DNA of 52,775 bases from a virus (lineage: Duplodnaviria; Caudoviricetes): positions 1-52,775 of the IMG/VR virus record IMGVR_UViG_3300042569_001606. One strand, 5' to 3'. This document shows, one piece after another, positions 1 to 9,279 of this stretch. Each line of letters opens with the position of its first letter. The stretch's first letter is position 1. Both the position numbers and the translations under genes were made by a program. The notes below the pieces were generated by a model that worked only from the letters and a program-made list of their open reading frames with translations, ran no database searches and was not told where the DNA came from.

Positions 1-127
1 GCGACCCGCCGACCGTAACCCGCATTCGCAAAAAAAGGAAAGCGCTAAATGCGAAACCGTCGACTGACGGCCTGATCTGCTGCGCTTGCGTTCAGGCTTT
101 TCTTTTTTCGGGAGGTGGAGGAAGCTG
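1..127. repeat. Terminal direct repeat, copy 1 (circular assembly overlap)
   Basis: Identical to 52649-52775; 127 bp is a common assembler k-mer length. Confidence 0.95.
70..108 (+). terminator. Putative intrinsic terminator
   Basis: GCCTGA...TCAGGC stem followed by TTTTCTTTTTT. Confidence 0.55.
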
Positions 128-152
128 CCGGTGTCGGCCCCATAAACGACGA

Positions 153-295
153 ACCCCACCGGGGGGTTCGGTGGGGTCGACGGGCATCAGCAGCAGTGCG
201 AAGGGCGGGAATCCTTTGCCGCTGATGCCTCCCAAAAGGAGCAGGGCTGGGTGCATCCTAGTCCCTGCTCCCCAACGCGATCAACCCCAGATCGC
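153..295 (+). promoter_or_regulatory. Structured leader (four consecutive stems) upstream of the initiator gene
   Basis: Stems 153-161/169-177, 183-191/221-229, 238-246/263-271, 277-282/290-295. Confidence 0.5.
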
Positions 296-306
296 ATGAG
301 GGCCGC

Positions 307-1692
307 ATGGCCAGTTCTGAGCCGTTTCAGATGCTCCCGAATCGCCTGCTAGATACCGTCGCCGATCCCGGCGCGGTCTGGGCGTATCTTTGGTGTCGTC
401 GATTCTCCAACTGGAAGAGTGGAGGGTTGACCAAGACCACAACCGAGATCGCCCAGCTTATGGGCATCACCCAGAGGACGCTGGCCAAATACTTGAAGAC
501 CCTCCAGACCACGGGCTGGATGGTTCTCGATGGGCTCCCAGGCCAGCAGTTCTGGAGGATCATCCCACCCGGAGCCCAGCTGGTCAGGTCGGCGCCTGAC
601 GCAGTTTTTCAGGGGGTCGTTTTTGAGAAGCCTTCCAAAACGGCTTCCCAGAGCCCTCTTTTGCGCGTTCCCGACTTCGCGGCTCTATCTGATCCGGGAT
701 CTGATCCGGAATCTGATCCGGATCTGCTTGGGGTGGTGGGATCTCCTGTAGGCCAGTGCTCTACGGATCTCGATCCTGCTCTCTATCCGGAGGGGGGTCC
801 GGGGGGAACCACGCCCCAGGGGGTGAAAAACCGCGCACCCCCTCCCCCTGAAAAACCGAGCACACCCCCTGAAAACTTGAGCGTGGAGGCGATCGAACGC
901 GGCGACTGGGAAGAGGCCCGCCCGCAGAACGCCAACGCCTTGGCCATCGCGCTGCGCCAGGTCTGGATCGATGAGGTCTGGACCGCATGGGCAGGCGGCG
1001 GGGAGCCCCCCACACGCGGCGTGGGCTCCGACCTCGTGGAGATCCACAAGGCCCTCAAGGACGGCGCAACCCCACGCGGCATCGTCGACGCCTTCCGTGG
1101 CGTCAGCGGCCACCCATGGTTCGCGGCGACCCTCGCCAAAGGAGCCCCGGCGACGGCGCTGCGGGTCATCCTGCACACCAACGCGGGCAAGCTGTACGAA
1201 GAGCTGGCCGCGATCGGGCGCAAACGCCGGGGCCAAGGCGTCGCGGCGGACCGGAACGCTGCCGAGTCCGCTTGGGTCAGCCTGTACGCCTCTGCATTCG
1301 AGGTTCTGGCCAAGGGCAAGCGGAGGGCGCCGACCAGCTACGAAGCCCAGCGGTGGGGCCGTACAGGCTGTTGGGATGTGGTTGAAGTCTCAGACGGCCC
1401 TGGCGGCGTGGTGCCGGTCTACGGTCCGGCTGAGCGGAAGGGGTTCACGTGGGCGGAGATCGCCCGCGTCGATGCGGCGATCAGGTCCATGTCGCTGGCG
1501 GCGGGAAACGTCGCGGCTGGGCGGATTGCCTCGGATCAGGTGCTGGAGCAGTTCGGCACCGTAGGAGGTCAGATCGCCGGTGCGATGCAGCGGCGGGTGG
1601 TGTCGGAGTTCAAGGCGTTTGGGGAGCAGATCGCAGCAGTGGTTGCCGTGGTCGCAGCGCGCCAGTCTCAGCAAGAGCAGGAGCAGGTCTGA
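307..1692 (+). CDS. Putative replication initiator with N-terminal winged HTH
   Basis: HTH-like TTTEIAQLMGITQRTLAKYLKTLQTTGW; Pro/Ser/Asp linker over DNA repeats; stop overlaps the primase-helicase start. Confidence 0.65.
   Translation: MASSEPFQMLPNRLLDTVADPGAVWAYLWCRRFSNWKSGGLTKTTTEIAQLMGITQRTLAKYLKTLQTTGWMVLDGLPGQQFWRIIPPGAQLVRSAPDAVFQGVVFEKPSKTASQSPLLRVPDFAALSDPGSDPESDPDLLGVVGSPVGQCSTDLDPALYPEGGPGGTTPQGVKNRAPPPPEKPSTPPENLSVEAIERGDWEEARPQNANALAIALRQVWIDEVWTAWAGGGEPPTRGVGSDLVEIHKALKDGATPRGIVDAFRGVSGHPWFAATLAKGAPATALRVILHTNAGKLYEELAAIGRKRRGQGVAADRNAAESAWVSLYASAFEVLAKGKRRAPTSYEAQRWGRTGCWDVVEVSDGPGGVVPVYGPAERKGFTWAEIARVDAAIRSMSLAAGNVAAGRIASDQVLEQFGTVGGQIAGAMQRRVVSEFKAFGEQIAAVVAVVAARQSQQEQEQV
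687..726. repeat. Tandem 12-bp repeats ATCTGATCCGG(G/A), candidate iterons
   Basis: Three copies plus a partial copy inside the initiator gene. Confidence 0.55.
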
Positions 1693-3704
1693 TGAAAAAG
1701 TTTGGAGCAGCAGAACGTGATCCGCCGACGTCGTCGGAGATCGAACGCGTCGTGGGTATGGGCTTGCGCATCAAGCGCCGCGTCAAGGAGAGCAGCGGCG
1801 TCCATGTGCTGGCGGACTGCCCGTTCAACGGGTGCAAGCAGCACCTCTACGTCAACGTGGAGAGCGGCCTGTGGGACTGCAAGAAGTGCGAGGAATCCGG
1901 CAACATCTGGCGCCTGGCCGATCACCTCGGCATCCGCCTGCGCGACAGCCAACCACGGATCGTGAAGCAGGTCGGTAGCGCGCTGGTTGCTGGCGCACGG
2001 GCCAAGGCCAACCGAGTCGTCACCAACGCCAAGGGCATCGACCTCGCAGGCGTGCAGTCAGCGTGCGATCGCCTCTTTGCCGAAGACGACAAGGCCGGCG
2101 CTCGTGTTGGTGAGTACCTGCGCAAGGTTCGCGGGCTCGACGACGACACGATCCGCCGCTTCCAACTCGGCGTCACGTGGATCAAGGAACGCGACTGCAA
2201 GCCGGAGCTGGCGGTGGGAATCCCCTACCTCGACGGCGACAAAGTCCCGCTGATGAAGATCCGCAACCTCGAAACCCAGAAGGACCTGCGGAAGTTCCGC
2301 CGCACCGCTGGCGGCTACTCCGGCCTGTTCAACGCGGCGGGCATCAAGGGGTGCCGACAGGTCGTGCTCGTCGAGGGCGAGCTGGACGCGATCAGCCTCT
2401 GGCAACTCGGCATCCACAACGTGGCCAGCACGAGCCTCGGCGCCAAGAAGACGATCCCGGAGGAGTGGCTGGACGCCCTCGCCGACGTCGAGGACATCGT
2501 GCTTTGGTACGACGGCGACGACAAAGGGCAGGAGGCAGCCGGCGCCCTCGTCGACCAGCTCGGCAGCTACCGTTGTCGGGTGGCCTCGATGCCCGCTGGC
2601 GTGGAGGCCAAGGACGCCAACGACTTGCTCGTGAAGGTGGGCGGCGACGAAGCCGCCGAGCTGGCGCGCAAGGCCGTCGATGCAGCGCTGGGGCTGACCA
2701 ACGGCAACGTCACGACACCCGGAACCTTCGCCGACGCCCTCGAAGCGGAGATCATGGGCGGCGACAGCTCGCTGGGCATCTCGACGGGCTGGCCCTCGGT
2801 CGACCGGCTCATGCGCGGCGTTCGCATGGGTGAGCTCACACTGGTCACCGGCCACACGAACGCGGGCAAGACCTCGTGGGTGCTCCGCCTGCTGCGCAAC
2901 CTCGCACGCCAGGGCTACCCGGTGATGGCCTCGGCGCTGGAGAACGGCCCCGTGGCGATCGCTCGCAAGGTGTTCCAGAGCGAGTTTGGCCGCCCGATCT
3001 CGTCGATCCGCACCGACGAGGATCGCCGGATCGCAATGGGTGCGCTGGCTCAGCTCGACCGCGATCCGCTGTACCTGCTCGACCTCTACGGCAAGCACCC
3101 GCTGGCCAAGATCGTCGACGCCATGACCTACGCCCGCCACCGCCTCGGGGTGCGCTACTTCGGGCTGGACCACCTGCACTTCCTCGGCAAGAGCGATGCG
3201 CGGCAGGAGACGCTGGACCACCTCGACGAAGTGCTGTCGACGCTGACGGAGCTGACGCGCAAGCTGAACATCCACATCTTCCTGATCGCGCACCCCAAGG
3301 GCACCGTTGCCGCCGACACGATCCCCGACGGTGACAGCATCAAGGGCACGTCGTCGGCAAAGCAGACCGCCGACAACGGCGTGACGGTGTTCCGTTCCGT
3401 CGACGTCGCAGGCGATGCGAGCGCCAAGAAGATGAAGATCAAGGACAGCGTGGGCCGCAAGATTGAGATCGAGCTGCAACCCCGCGACGTGCTGATCTCG
3501 GTGTGGAAGGCCCGCCACGACGAAGCCGGCGAGGGCTCCGCCGTTTTGGAGTTCGACCGCCGCAATCTGTGCTACAACGAGAAAGAAGGGACGCGGGATG
3601 CGTCTCACGAGGAGTCCGATGCCAACACCCAAAAAACCGTCGATCAAACAACCCAAGACCTCTGGGGCGCGTCGTCGAAAACAGACGATCCTTTCGCCAG
3701 CTGA
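1692..3704 (+). CDS. DNA primase-helicase (Zn finger + TOPRIM + DnaB-like SF4 helicase; T7 gp4/Twinkle architecture)
   Basis: CPFNGC..CKKC zinc finger; VEGELDA and YDGDDKG TOPRIM motifs; KDAND; Walker A GHTNAGKT; LDHLHF; IAHP; start set at ATG 1692 overlapping the upstream TGA. Confidence 0.92.
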   Translation: MKKFGAAERDPPTSSEIERVVGMGLRIKRRVKESSGVHVLADCPFNGCKQHLYVNVESGLWDCKKCEESGNIWRLADHLGIRLRDSQPRIVKQVGSALVAGARAKANRVVTNAKGIDLAGVQSACDRLFAEDDKAGARVGEYLRKVRGLDDDTIRRFQLGVTWIKERDCKPELAVGIPYLDGDKVPLMKIRNLETQKDLRKFRRTAGGYSGLFNAAGIKGCRQVVLVEGELDAISLWQLGIHNVASTSLGAKKTIPEEWLDALADVEDIVLWYDGDDKGQEAAGALVDQLGSYRCRVASMPAGVEAKDANDLLVKVGGDEAAELARKAVDAALGLTNGNVTTPGTFADALEAEIMGGDSSLGISTGWPSVDRLMRGVRMGELTLVTGHTNAGKTSWVLRLLRNLARQGYPVMASALENGPVAIARKVFQSEFGRPISSIRTDEDRRIAMGALAQLDRDPLYLLDLYGKHPLAKIVDAMTYARHRLGVRYFGLDHLHFLGKSDARQETLDHLDEVLSTLTELTRKLNIHIFLIAHPKGTVAADTIPDGDSIKGTSSAKQTADNGVTVFRSVDVAGDASAKKMKIKDSVGRKIEIELQPRDVLISVWKARHDEAGEGSAVLEFDRRNLCYNEKEGTRDASHEESDANTQKTVDQTTQDLWGASSKTDDPFAS

Positions 3705-4266
3705 TGCCCTGCGGGCGCTCTTGCTCGACGAGAGCGGCCAGTGCTTGCCTTTCGTTTCCATCGATCCGTCGACGGCGTCGTTGGGGTGGTCGGTCTGGGC
3801 CGGAGGGCTCACGCACCGCATCGAGCGAAGCGGAGCCCTGCCCCGTGGATGGGCTGAGAAGGAGGCGCTGGCCCTTCTCCGCACCGCTCCTGTCGTCAAC
3901 GGCGCCGTGTGCCTGGCCCTCGTGATTGAGGACCAGTTCATGGGCCGCAACCCGGCGTCAGCGATCCGCGTCATCGAAGCGCGGATGCGTGTCGAGGTCG
4001 TGGCGCGGCTGCTCGGGTGGAAGATCGCCCGCGTGCCCGCGACGACGTGGCAGAGCGCCAAGCTGCACATCAAGGGCGAGAAGTTCCCGACACGCGGCAA
4101 GGACGCGAAGCGCGCAACCACGCATGTGCCGCCGACGGAAGTGCTCAAGGAAAGGTCGATCGCCTTGGCGCGGAAGATCGACCCTCGACTCTCCGGCGCC
4201 GACCTTGTCGACGATCAGGCCGACGCGATCGTGCTCGGTGAGTACGTGACCGAGGTGATCAAGTGA
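3619..4266 (+). CDS. RuvC-like Holliday junction resolvase
   Basis: SIDPSTASLGWSV, VIEDQF and DDQADAI acidic motifs; GAGGAG RBS before ATG 3619. Confidence 0.75.
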   Translation: MPTPKKPSIKQPKTSGARRRKQTILSPADALRALLLDESGQCLPFVSIDPSTASLGWSVWAGGLTHRIERSGALPRGWAEKEALALLRTAPVVNGAVCLALVIEDQFMGRNPASAIRVIEARMRVEVVARLLGWKIARVPATTWQSAKLHIKGEKFPTRGKDAKRATTHVPPTEVLKERSIALARKIDPRLSGADLVDDQADAIVLGEYVTEVIK

Positions 4267-5060
4267 TTCCCACGCAGGCGAATCCGTGGGAGTTGCTGGC
4301 GGGGCGGAGCGAGAGGGTGATGGCGAAGGCGCTGGCCGATGCTGGCGTCGTGCTGGACGCGCTGATCACCGATCCGCCGTACAGCCACCGCACGCACAGC
4401 GGCAACCAAGCTGCGGTCTACGCCGACGGAGCAGGCGACCGGCGCAAGATCGCATACGACCACTGGGAGCGCCGCCACGTCGCCGCATTCGTGAGGCGCT
4501 GGCACCCGCTGTGTCGAGGTTGGTTCGTCGCCCTGACCGACCACGTACTGGCCCCGGTCTGGGAGAAGGAGCTGGAGCGCGCAGGCCGCTACGTCTTCGC
4601 CAACATCCCGGTCGTGATCCCAGGGATGACGGTGCGCACGAGCGGAGATGGCCACAGCACCGAGAGCGTTTGGTGCATCGCTGCTCGCCCACGCACGAAA
4701 GGGTTCGCCTCGTGGGGCACCCTTCCCGGCTGGTACAAGAGCACCGGGCGCGATGGGTGGTCGCGGCAGATGGGATCCAAACCGCTCGACGTGATGGGCG
4801 CGATCTTGCGCGACCACAGCCGCATCGGTGACCTCGTCGGCGACCCCTGCGCAGGCGGAGGTACGACGGTGTTGGCGGCGGTGCTCAACGGACGGCGCGG
4901 CATCGGGTGCGACATGGACAAGGCGCTTGTCGCCGAGGCCAGAGAGGCGATCGCACGCCGCGCTCAACCTTCACTTCTCGCTTCCATCGCTGAGTCGATC
5001 CGGACAAAGCAGGAGGGCGAGGCATTCGCGGCAGCCGAGCAGGCACCGCTTTTCGAGTAA
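4263..5060 (+). CDS. DNA N6-adenine/N4-cytosine methyltransferase (beta-class motif order)
   Basis: ITDPPY catalytic motif followed by KP and DPCAGGGTT SAM-binding motif. Confidence 0.88.
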   Translation: MIPTQANPWELLAGRSERVMAKALADAGVVLDALITDPPYSHRTHSGNQAAVYADGAGDRRKIAYDHWERRHVAAFVRRWHPLCRGWFVALTDHVLAPVWEKELERAGRYVFANIPVVIPGMTVRTSGDGHSTESVWCIAARPRTKGFASWGTLPGWYKSTGRDGWSRQMGSKPLDVMGAILRDHSRIGDLVGDPCAGGGTTVLAAVLNGRRGIGCDMDKALVAEAREAIARRAQPSLLASIAESIRTKQEGEAFAAAEQAPLFE

Positions 5061-5071
5061 CGGAGACGACG

Positions 5072-5947
5072 ATGGCAACGATCCAGAAGCAACCCGTCAG
5101 CCTGCGCGCATTCGCGCCACTCAAGACCCATTTTGCAGCGCTGAACGGCGGCAAAGCACAGCCCGTGATGACGGTGCGCATCCCGCTTGAACTCGACGCC
5201 ACCGACGAGGTGTTGAAGGCCGACCCGTGGCGCCACCTGTTCCCCTTTGCGGCAGAGACGATGTCCCTGATCGCAGGACGGGAGGGTGACGAGAAACGCG
5301 GCACCGACATCACCGCTCGTGGCTCGGTGACCGATCTTCATGTCGAGCTGTTCGATGGCGAGATCGACGACAAGCCGGCGTTCAACTTCCAGAGCGCCGT
5401 CGTTGCGGGCAAGCCGCGCCTGGCGATCGACGAAGACGGCAAAGGCGTGATCCACCTCAAGGTCAAGGCCGTGCTGAGCAAGCGCGATTTTGGCGAGCTG
5501 GGCCCGTACATCGACGCATCGCTGTTCTGCTCGCTCACGACGGCGCAGCGCACGATCGACGAGCAGATCGCCGAGAACAAGGCAGCCGCCGAGGGCAACG
5601 CGACGATCCCCGAGAAGAAGCAGAAGCCGCCGAAGGAGGAACGCTGGGTGTCGCCGCTCGACAGCAAAGAGGGATCGATCGCCTACGTGTTCACGACGGA
5701 CGCCGACGCCTTCGTGAAGTCGGCGTTGTCGCTGCACACTGATTTGCGGGAGGCCCAGATCGTTGAGGCAGCCCGCAAGATCGCACGCGTGAGCGCAGGT
5801 CTTCAGGCACGCCGTGTGAGCGTGAGCCTCGACAACGTCAAAGATGTCGTCGACACGCTGGTTGGTCCTTCGATCGTGAAAGACCTCGAAGCGTTCAAGG
5901 CGGAGAAGGCCGCGCAGGCGGCGCAGGGCAGTGGCGCGGCAGAGTGA
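5072..5947 (+). CDS. Hypothetical protein
   Basis: GGAG RBS, typical codon usage, 291 aa. Confidence 0.75.
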   Translation: MATIQKQPVSLRAFAPLKTHFAALNGGKAQPVMTVRIPLELDATDEVLKADPWRHLFPFAAETMSLIAGREGDEKRGTDITARGSVTDLHVELFDGEIDDKPAFNFQSAVVAGKPRLAIDEDGKGVIHLKVKAVLSKRDFGELGPYIDASLFCSLTTAQRTIDEQIAENKAAAEGNATIPEKKQKPPKEERWVSPLDSKEGSIAYVFTTDADAFVKSALSLHTDLREAQIVEAARKIARVSAGLQARRVSVSLDNVKDVVDTLVGPSIVKDLEAFKAEKAAQAAQGSGAAE

Positions 5948-5957
5948 TCGTTGTCGT

Positions 5958-5974
5958 CGCTGCGGGATGCAGCG
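5958..5974 (+). promoter_or_regulatory. GGGAN-loop hairpin, copy F
   Basis: CGCTGC GGGAT GCAGCG immediately before GAGGAG RBS. Confidence 0.7.
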
Positions 5975-5989
5975 CATGAGGAGCAAGCG

Positions 5990-6460
5990 GTGGACGAAGT
6001 AGCGGCGACAGCATGGGCGGGAGCGGTGAAGATGGCGGCGCGATCGAAGGATCGCCGTGGCCTTGTCTCCGCTCTCGTCTTTCACGAAGGGCAGAGCTAC
6101 CGCGTCGAGGTCGCAGCGATGTACGTCGAGCCCGACAACTACGACCACCGGGCCAAGATTCCGAGCCCCTATAACGTCGCCACACGCTGGCAGCTCGTTG
6201 TGCGGCTGGACCTCGAAGGCGCGGCGCGGACCAAGAGCCCGACAGACGACACGGCCATTCTGGGTGTGCTCTCGCAGGTGCAGGCCGCGATCACGGTGCT
6301 CTTCGAGCCCGGTCAGGTGCCTGGCCTCAAGGCAACGTTCGCGCGGACCAAAGCGCAGCTCGCATACGAAACGTGGCGCGGCGGCGACGTCGGCGGCGCA
6401 ACGTGGGTGGTCCGCAAGGGCCGCTGGGTTTCTCTCCACAGCGCACTGATTCAATGGTGA
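5990..6460 (+). CDS. Hypothetical protein
   Basis: GTG start 6 nt after GAGGAG. Confidence 0.7.
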   Translation: MDEVAATAWAGAVKMAARSKDRRGLVSALVFHEGQSYRVEVAAMYVEPDNYDHRAKIPSPYNVATRWQLVVRLDLEGAARTKSPTDDTAILGVLSQVQAAITVLFEPGQVPGLKATFARTKAQLAYETWRGGDVGGATWVVRKGRWVSLHSALIQW

Positions 6461-6464
6461 GGGT

Positions 6465-6956
6465 GTGATGCTTTTTTCGGAAGTGTTGATGGCGTCATCC
6501 GTCGAGGATGGCGAAGTGATGGAAGACGGGCGCCCTGTGCGCCTGCGCGTGATTCTCCAGCGGCGTTGGGGCTGGCCACGAGCGGCGGCGAACGCGGCGG
6601 CGGAGATCCTGCGAGCGAGGGCCGCACCGGGCCGTGCCGTCGTTCACCTCGTCGGGGCGGAGCGAATGCAGCAGCAACAAGAGCTGCTGCGCAGCCACCC
6701 CGACCTCGTGACCGGGCTCTGCGAAGGACTCGCACGCGGCAAGGTGCACACCGACGAGCACGAAGCCGGCTTGCGTATCCGCCGCATCGAGCTGTCGCTG
6801 TCGCACACGGTCCACAATCTCGGGCTCGTGAGCGACATCCTGGCCTTGCTCGAACAGCGGTTTGGCTCCGAGCTGGCCGACGTCGTGATCACCCCTCACG
6901 GCGCGGGCACCAACCCTGCGGTCGCGATCGCCGTATCGCTGACGGATGACCAGTGA
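6465..6956 (+). CDS. Hypothetical protein (start uncertain)
   Basis: Fills the operon; stop overlaps the next start. Confidence 0.6.
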   Translation: MMLFSEVLMASSVEDGEVMEDGRPVRLRVILQRRWGWPRAAANAAAEILRARAAPGRAVVHLVGAERMQQQQELLRSHPDLVTGLCEGLARGKVHTDEHEAGLRIRRIELSLSHTVHNLGLVSDILALLEQRFGSELADVVITPHGAGTNPAVAIAVSLTDDQ

Positions 6957-7231
6957 CCGAGGCGCCGGTGGTCCCGTGGATCCTCGGCACGAGGCTGGCG
7001 CTTGCGAGGGCGCTGGCTCTCGTCGTCGCCGAGGAACGCAAGCTGTGCTGGGGTCGGATGACCCCGGCACAGCGCGATCGGCTCGTGGCAGAAGCAGAGC
7101 GCCGCGTGCAACGCTGGGTGGCGGAGGGTGCTGCGCGCACCTTCCTGTCGGAATGGAGAGAGCCCCTTGTTGAAGCGAACACCGATGAAGCGGTCGACGA
7201 AGCCGATGGCTCGACGGAGCAAGAAGGCTGA
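6953..7231 (+). CDS. Hypothetical protein
   Basis: GTGA overlap with the upstream stop. Confidence 0.5.
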   Translation: MTEAPVVPWILGTRLALARALALVVAEERKLCWGRMTPAQRDRLVAEAERRVQRWVAEGAARTFLSEWREPLVEANTDEAVDEADGSTEQEG

Positions 7232-7529
7232 AGCGCGATACGCCGGCACCGACGGCAAGGGCGAAGGCCGACGCGACTTCGTGCGGCGCATTCTCGATGA
7301 GCGCCCGGAGTGCGAGGTGGCCTTGCCGCAATGGTGCGACCGCCAAGCGACCGAGGTGCACGAGAAGTTGCGCCGCTCCGCAGGCGGCAACATCACCGAC
7401 GACGCCAACGTGCTTGCGGTCTGCCACTGGTGCCATCAGTGGGTGCACGCCAACCCCGCGATGAGCATGAAAAAGGGCTGGCTGCTGTCGAGATACGACG
7501 GCGACGACGAGGTGGAAGCGTGCGACTGA
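7170..7529 (+). CDS. HNH endonuclease
   Basis: CEV..C..ATEVHE...N..AVCHWCHQWVH; basic KRTPMKR N-terminus; start approximate. Confidence 0.8.
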   Translation: MKRTPMKRSTKPMARRSKKAEARYAGTDGKGEGRRDFVRRILDERPECEVALPQWCDRQATEVHEKLRRSAGGNITDDANVLAVCHWCHQWVHANPAMSMKKGWLLSRYDGDDEVEACD

Positions 7530-7801
7530 CCAGCAAGGACAGCGAGATTGCCCGCCAGTGGATCGCAGAGCGCGATCGCATCAGCGGCTCTGCGTCGTTC
7601 CTCGACGGGCGCTTTGAGCTTGCCCCCTACAAGGGCGCCGACATCTTCGTCACCGCCGACGTTGCCGAGGGCAACAAGATGCTCGCTCGTGGCATCGCCC
7701 TCGACAACGTCGCGGCGGCGCTCGCTGCCCGTGCGGTCGCGAGAGAGCACGGGGCCACGGCGACTCAGCGTGCCCTCGTGAACCTGTTTTCACTGGAGTA
7801 G
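7520..7801 (+). CDS. Hypothetical protein
   Basis: GAGG RBS and GTG start. Confidence 0.6.
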   Translation: MRLTSKDSEIARQWIAERDRISGSASFLDGRFELAPYKGADIFVTADVAEGNKMLARGIALDNVAAALAARAVAREHGATATQRALVNLFSLE

Positions 7802-7810
7802 GGAGCAGCC

Positions 7811-8452
7811 ATGCAAGACCACACGAGCACCGCCCGCACGATCCACACTCGCCCCATCGCGGACTTCAAGCCGGACCCTCACAACGCACGGCAGCACAGC
7901 GCCCGAAACCTTGAGGCGATCCGGGAGTCCCTTCACGTCTTCGGGCAGGTGAAGCCGATCGTTGCCCTCGACGACGGTACGGTTATCGCGGGCAACGGAA
8001 CGCTGACCGCCGCCAAGATGCTCGGCTGGACGCACCTTGCTGCCGTCATCTTTCCCGACGTCGAGAAGGCCAAGGCGTTCGCCATCGCCGACAACCGCAC
8101 CGCCGAGCTGGCCGAATGGGACCAGGTTGCGTTGGCGACCGCGCTGCAAAGTTTCTCTGAGGAAGCGATCGCAGCAGCCGGCTTCGACCTCAACGAAGCG
8201 GCCAGCATCATGTCGGCGGCGTTCTCCGCTGCTGTGCCGCTCCCAGAGGCACCGCCAGACCTTCCGCCGCCGCCTCCCCCGCCTCGGGAGCGGCCTGACC
8301 TCCCAACGAGCACCACGCGCACTGTGCACCTCCACTTCACGCCGGAGGCAGAGGTGAAGTTCACCAAGGCGGTGAAGAAGCTGGCCAAGCAGTTCGGCAC
8401 GGCAAACGTCACCGACACGGTGCTGGCGGCGCTGCTGAAGGCGGTGGGCTGA
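7811..8452 (+). CDS. ParB/Srx-like N-terminal domain protein
   Basis: PHNARQH..FGQVKPIV..VIAGNGTLTAA..AFAIADNRTAELAEWD. Confidence 0.85.
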   Translation: MQDHTSTARTIHTRPIADFKPDPHNARQHSARNLEAIRESLHVFGQVKPIVALDDGTVIAGNGTLTAAKMLGWTHLAAVIFPDVEKAKAFAIADNRTAELAEWDQVALATALQSFSEEAIAAAGFDLNEAASIMSAAFSAAVPLPEAPPDLPPPPPPPRERPDLPTSTTRTVHLHFTPEAEVKFTKAVKKLAKQFGTANVTDTVLAALLKAVG

Positions 8453-9279
8453 TGTCGGCGTGGAAAGGACCGAAGCAGCTGATCCCCATGCTCGTGGACC
8501 GTCAGCAGCTCGCTGCTGACCCTCGCAACGCACGAGCCCACGATGCCCGCAGCATCAAAGCGATCGCCGAGAGCCTAGACCGCTTCGGACAGCGCAAGCC
8601 GATCGTGGTCCGCCGAGGTGTCGTCATCGCCGGCAACGGCCAGCTCGCTGCGGCGGAAGCCCTGGGGTGGGATCGCATTGCTGTCGTCGACGGCTCCGAC
8701 CTCAGCGACACGGACGCCACCGCCTTCGGGATTGCCGACAACCGCACGGCTGAGTTGTCGACGTGGGACACCGACATCTTGAAAGAGCTGATGGCGGACC
8801 TTCCGACGGACGTCAGCATTGCGCTGGGCTTCGACGGTGAGGAGCTGACGGCATTGTTTGCTGAAACACCCGACGGCGACGAAGCGCCGAAGGCCACCGA
8901 CGGCATCGACGACACGTACACCGCCAAGATCGCTTCTCCGGTTTACGAGCCGCGCAACGAATGCCCTCCCGTTGCTGATCTTGTTGACCGCACAAAGACA
9001 GTGAAGCTCAAGGCTGAGATCGATGCTGCTGACCTCCCTGCCGATGTCGCGGCGTTTCTTCACCTTGCGGCGGAGCGTCACGCTGCTTTCGACTTCCACC
9101 GCATCGCAGATTTCTACGCCCACGCCGACGCACCAACGCAGCGGCTGATGGAGCGCAGTGCCCTCGTCATCATCGACTTTCAGCAAGCGATCGATCAGGG
9201 CTACGTGCGGCTGTCGCAGGTGACGGGTCAGCTCGCCGAGAAAGAGAAGCCGAAGGCCGGTGACGACGATGAGGTCTGA
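8452..9279 (+). CDS. ParB/Srx-like domain fused to an uncharacterised helical C-terminal domain
   Basis: PRNARAH..FGQRKPIV..VIAGNG..IADNRTAELSTWD; C-terminal FLHLAAERH..IADFYAH..SALVIIDF. Confidence 0.82.
   Translation: MSAWKGPKQLIPMLVDRQQLAADPRNARAHDARSIKAIAESLDRFGQRKPIVVRRGVVIAGNGQLAAAEALGWDRIAVVDGSDLSDTDATAFGIADNRTAELSTWDTDILKELMADLPTDVSIALGFDGEELTALFAETPDGDEAPKATDGIDDTYTAKIASPVYEPRNECPPVADLVDRTKTVKLKAEIDAADLPADVAAFLHLAAERHAAFDFHRIADFYAHADAPTQRLMERSALVIIDFQQAIDQGYVRLSQVTGQLAEKEKPKAGDDDEV

Noticed and set aside
1-127. Terminal repeat as a biological DTR or att site
   Set aside because: The length equals a common assembly k-mer and the boundary cuts through a regulatory hairpin, so an assembly overlap is more likely
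1449-1691. N-terminal extension of the primase-helicase in the ORF track
   Set aside because: It overlaps the initiator gene; ATG 1692 coupled to the upstream stop is the better start
2058-4148. 696-aa minus-strand ORF (likewise 19200-21053, 24013-25587, 36328-38487 and 48613-49980)
   Set aside because: Antisense shadows of genes with clear motifs; long stop-free frames are expected at high GC
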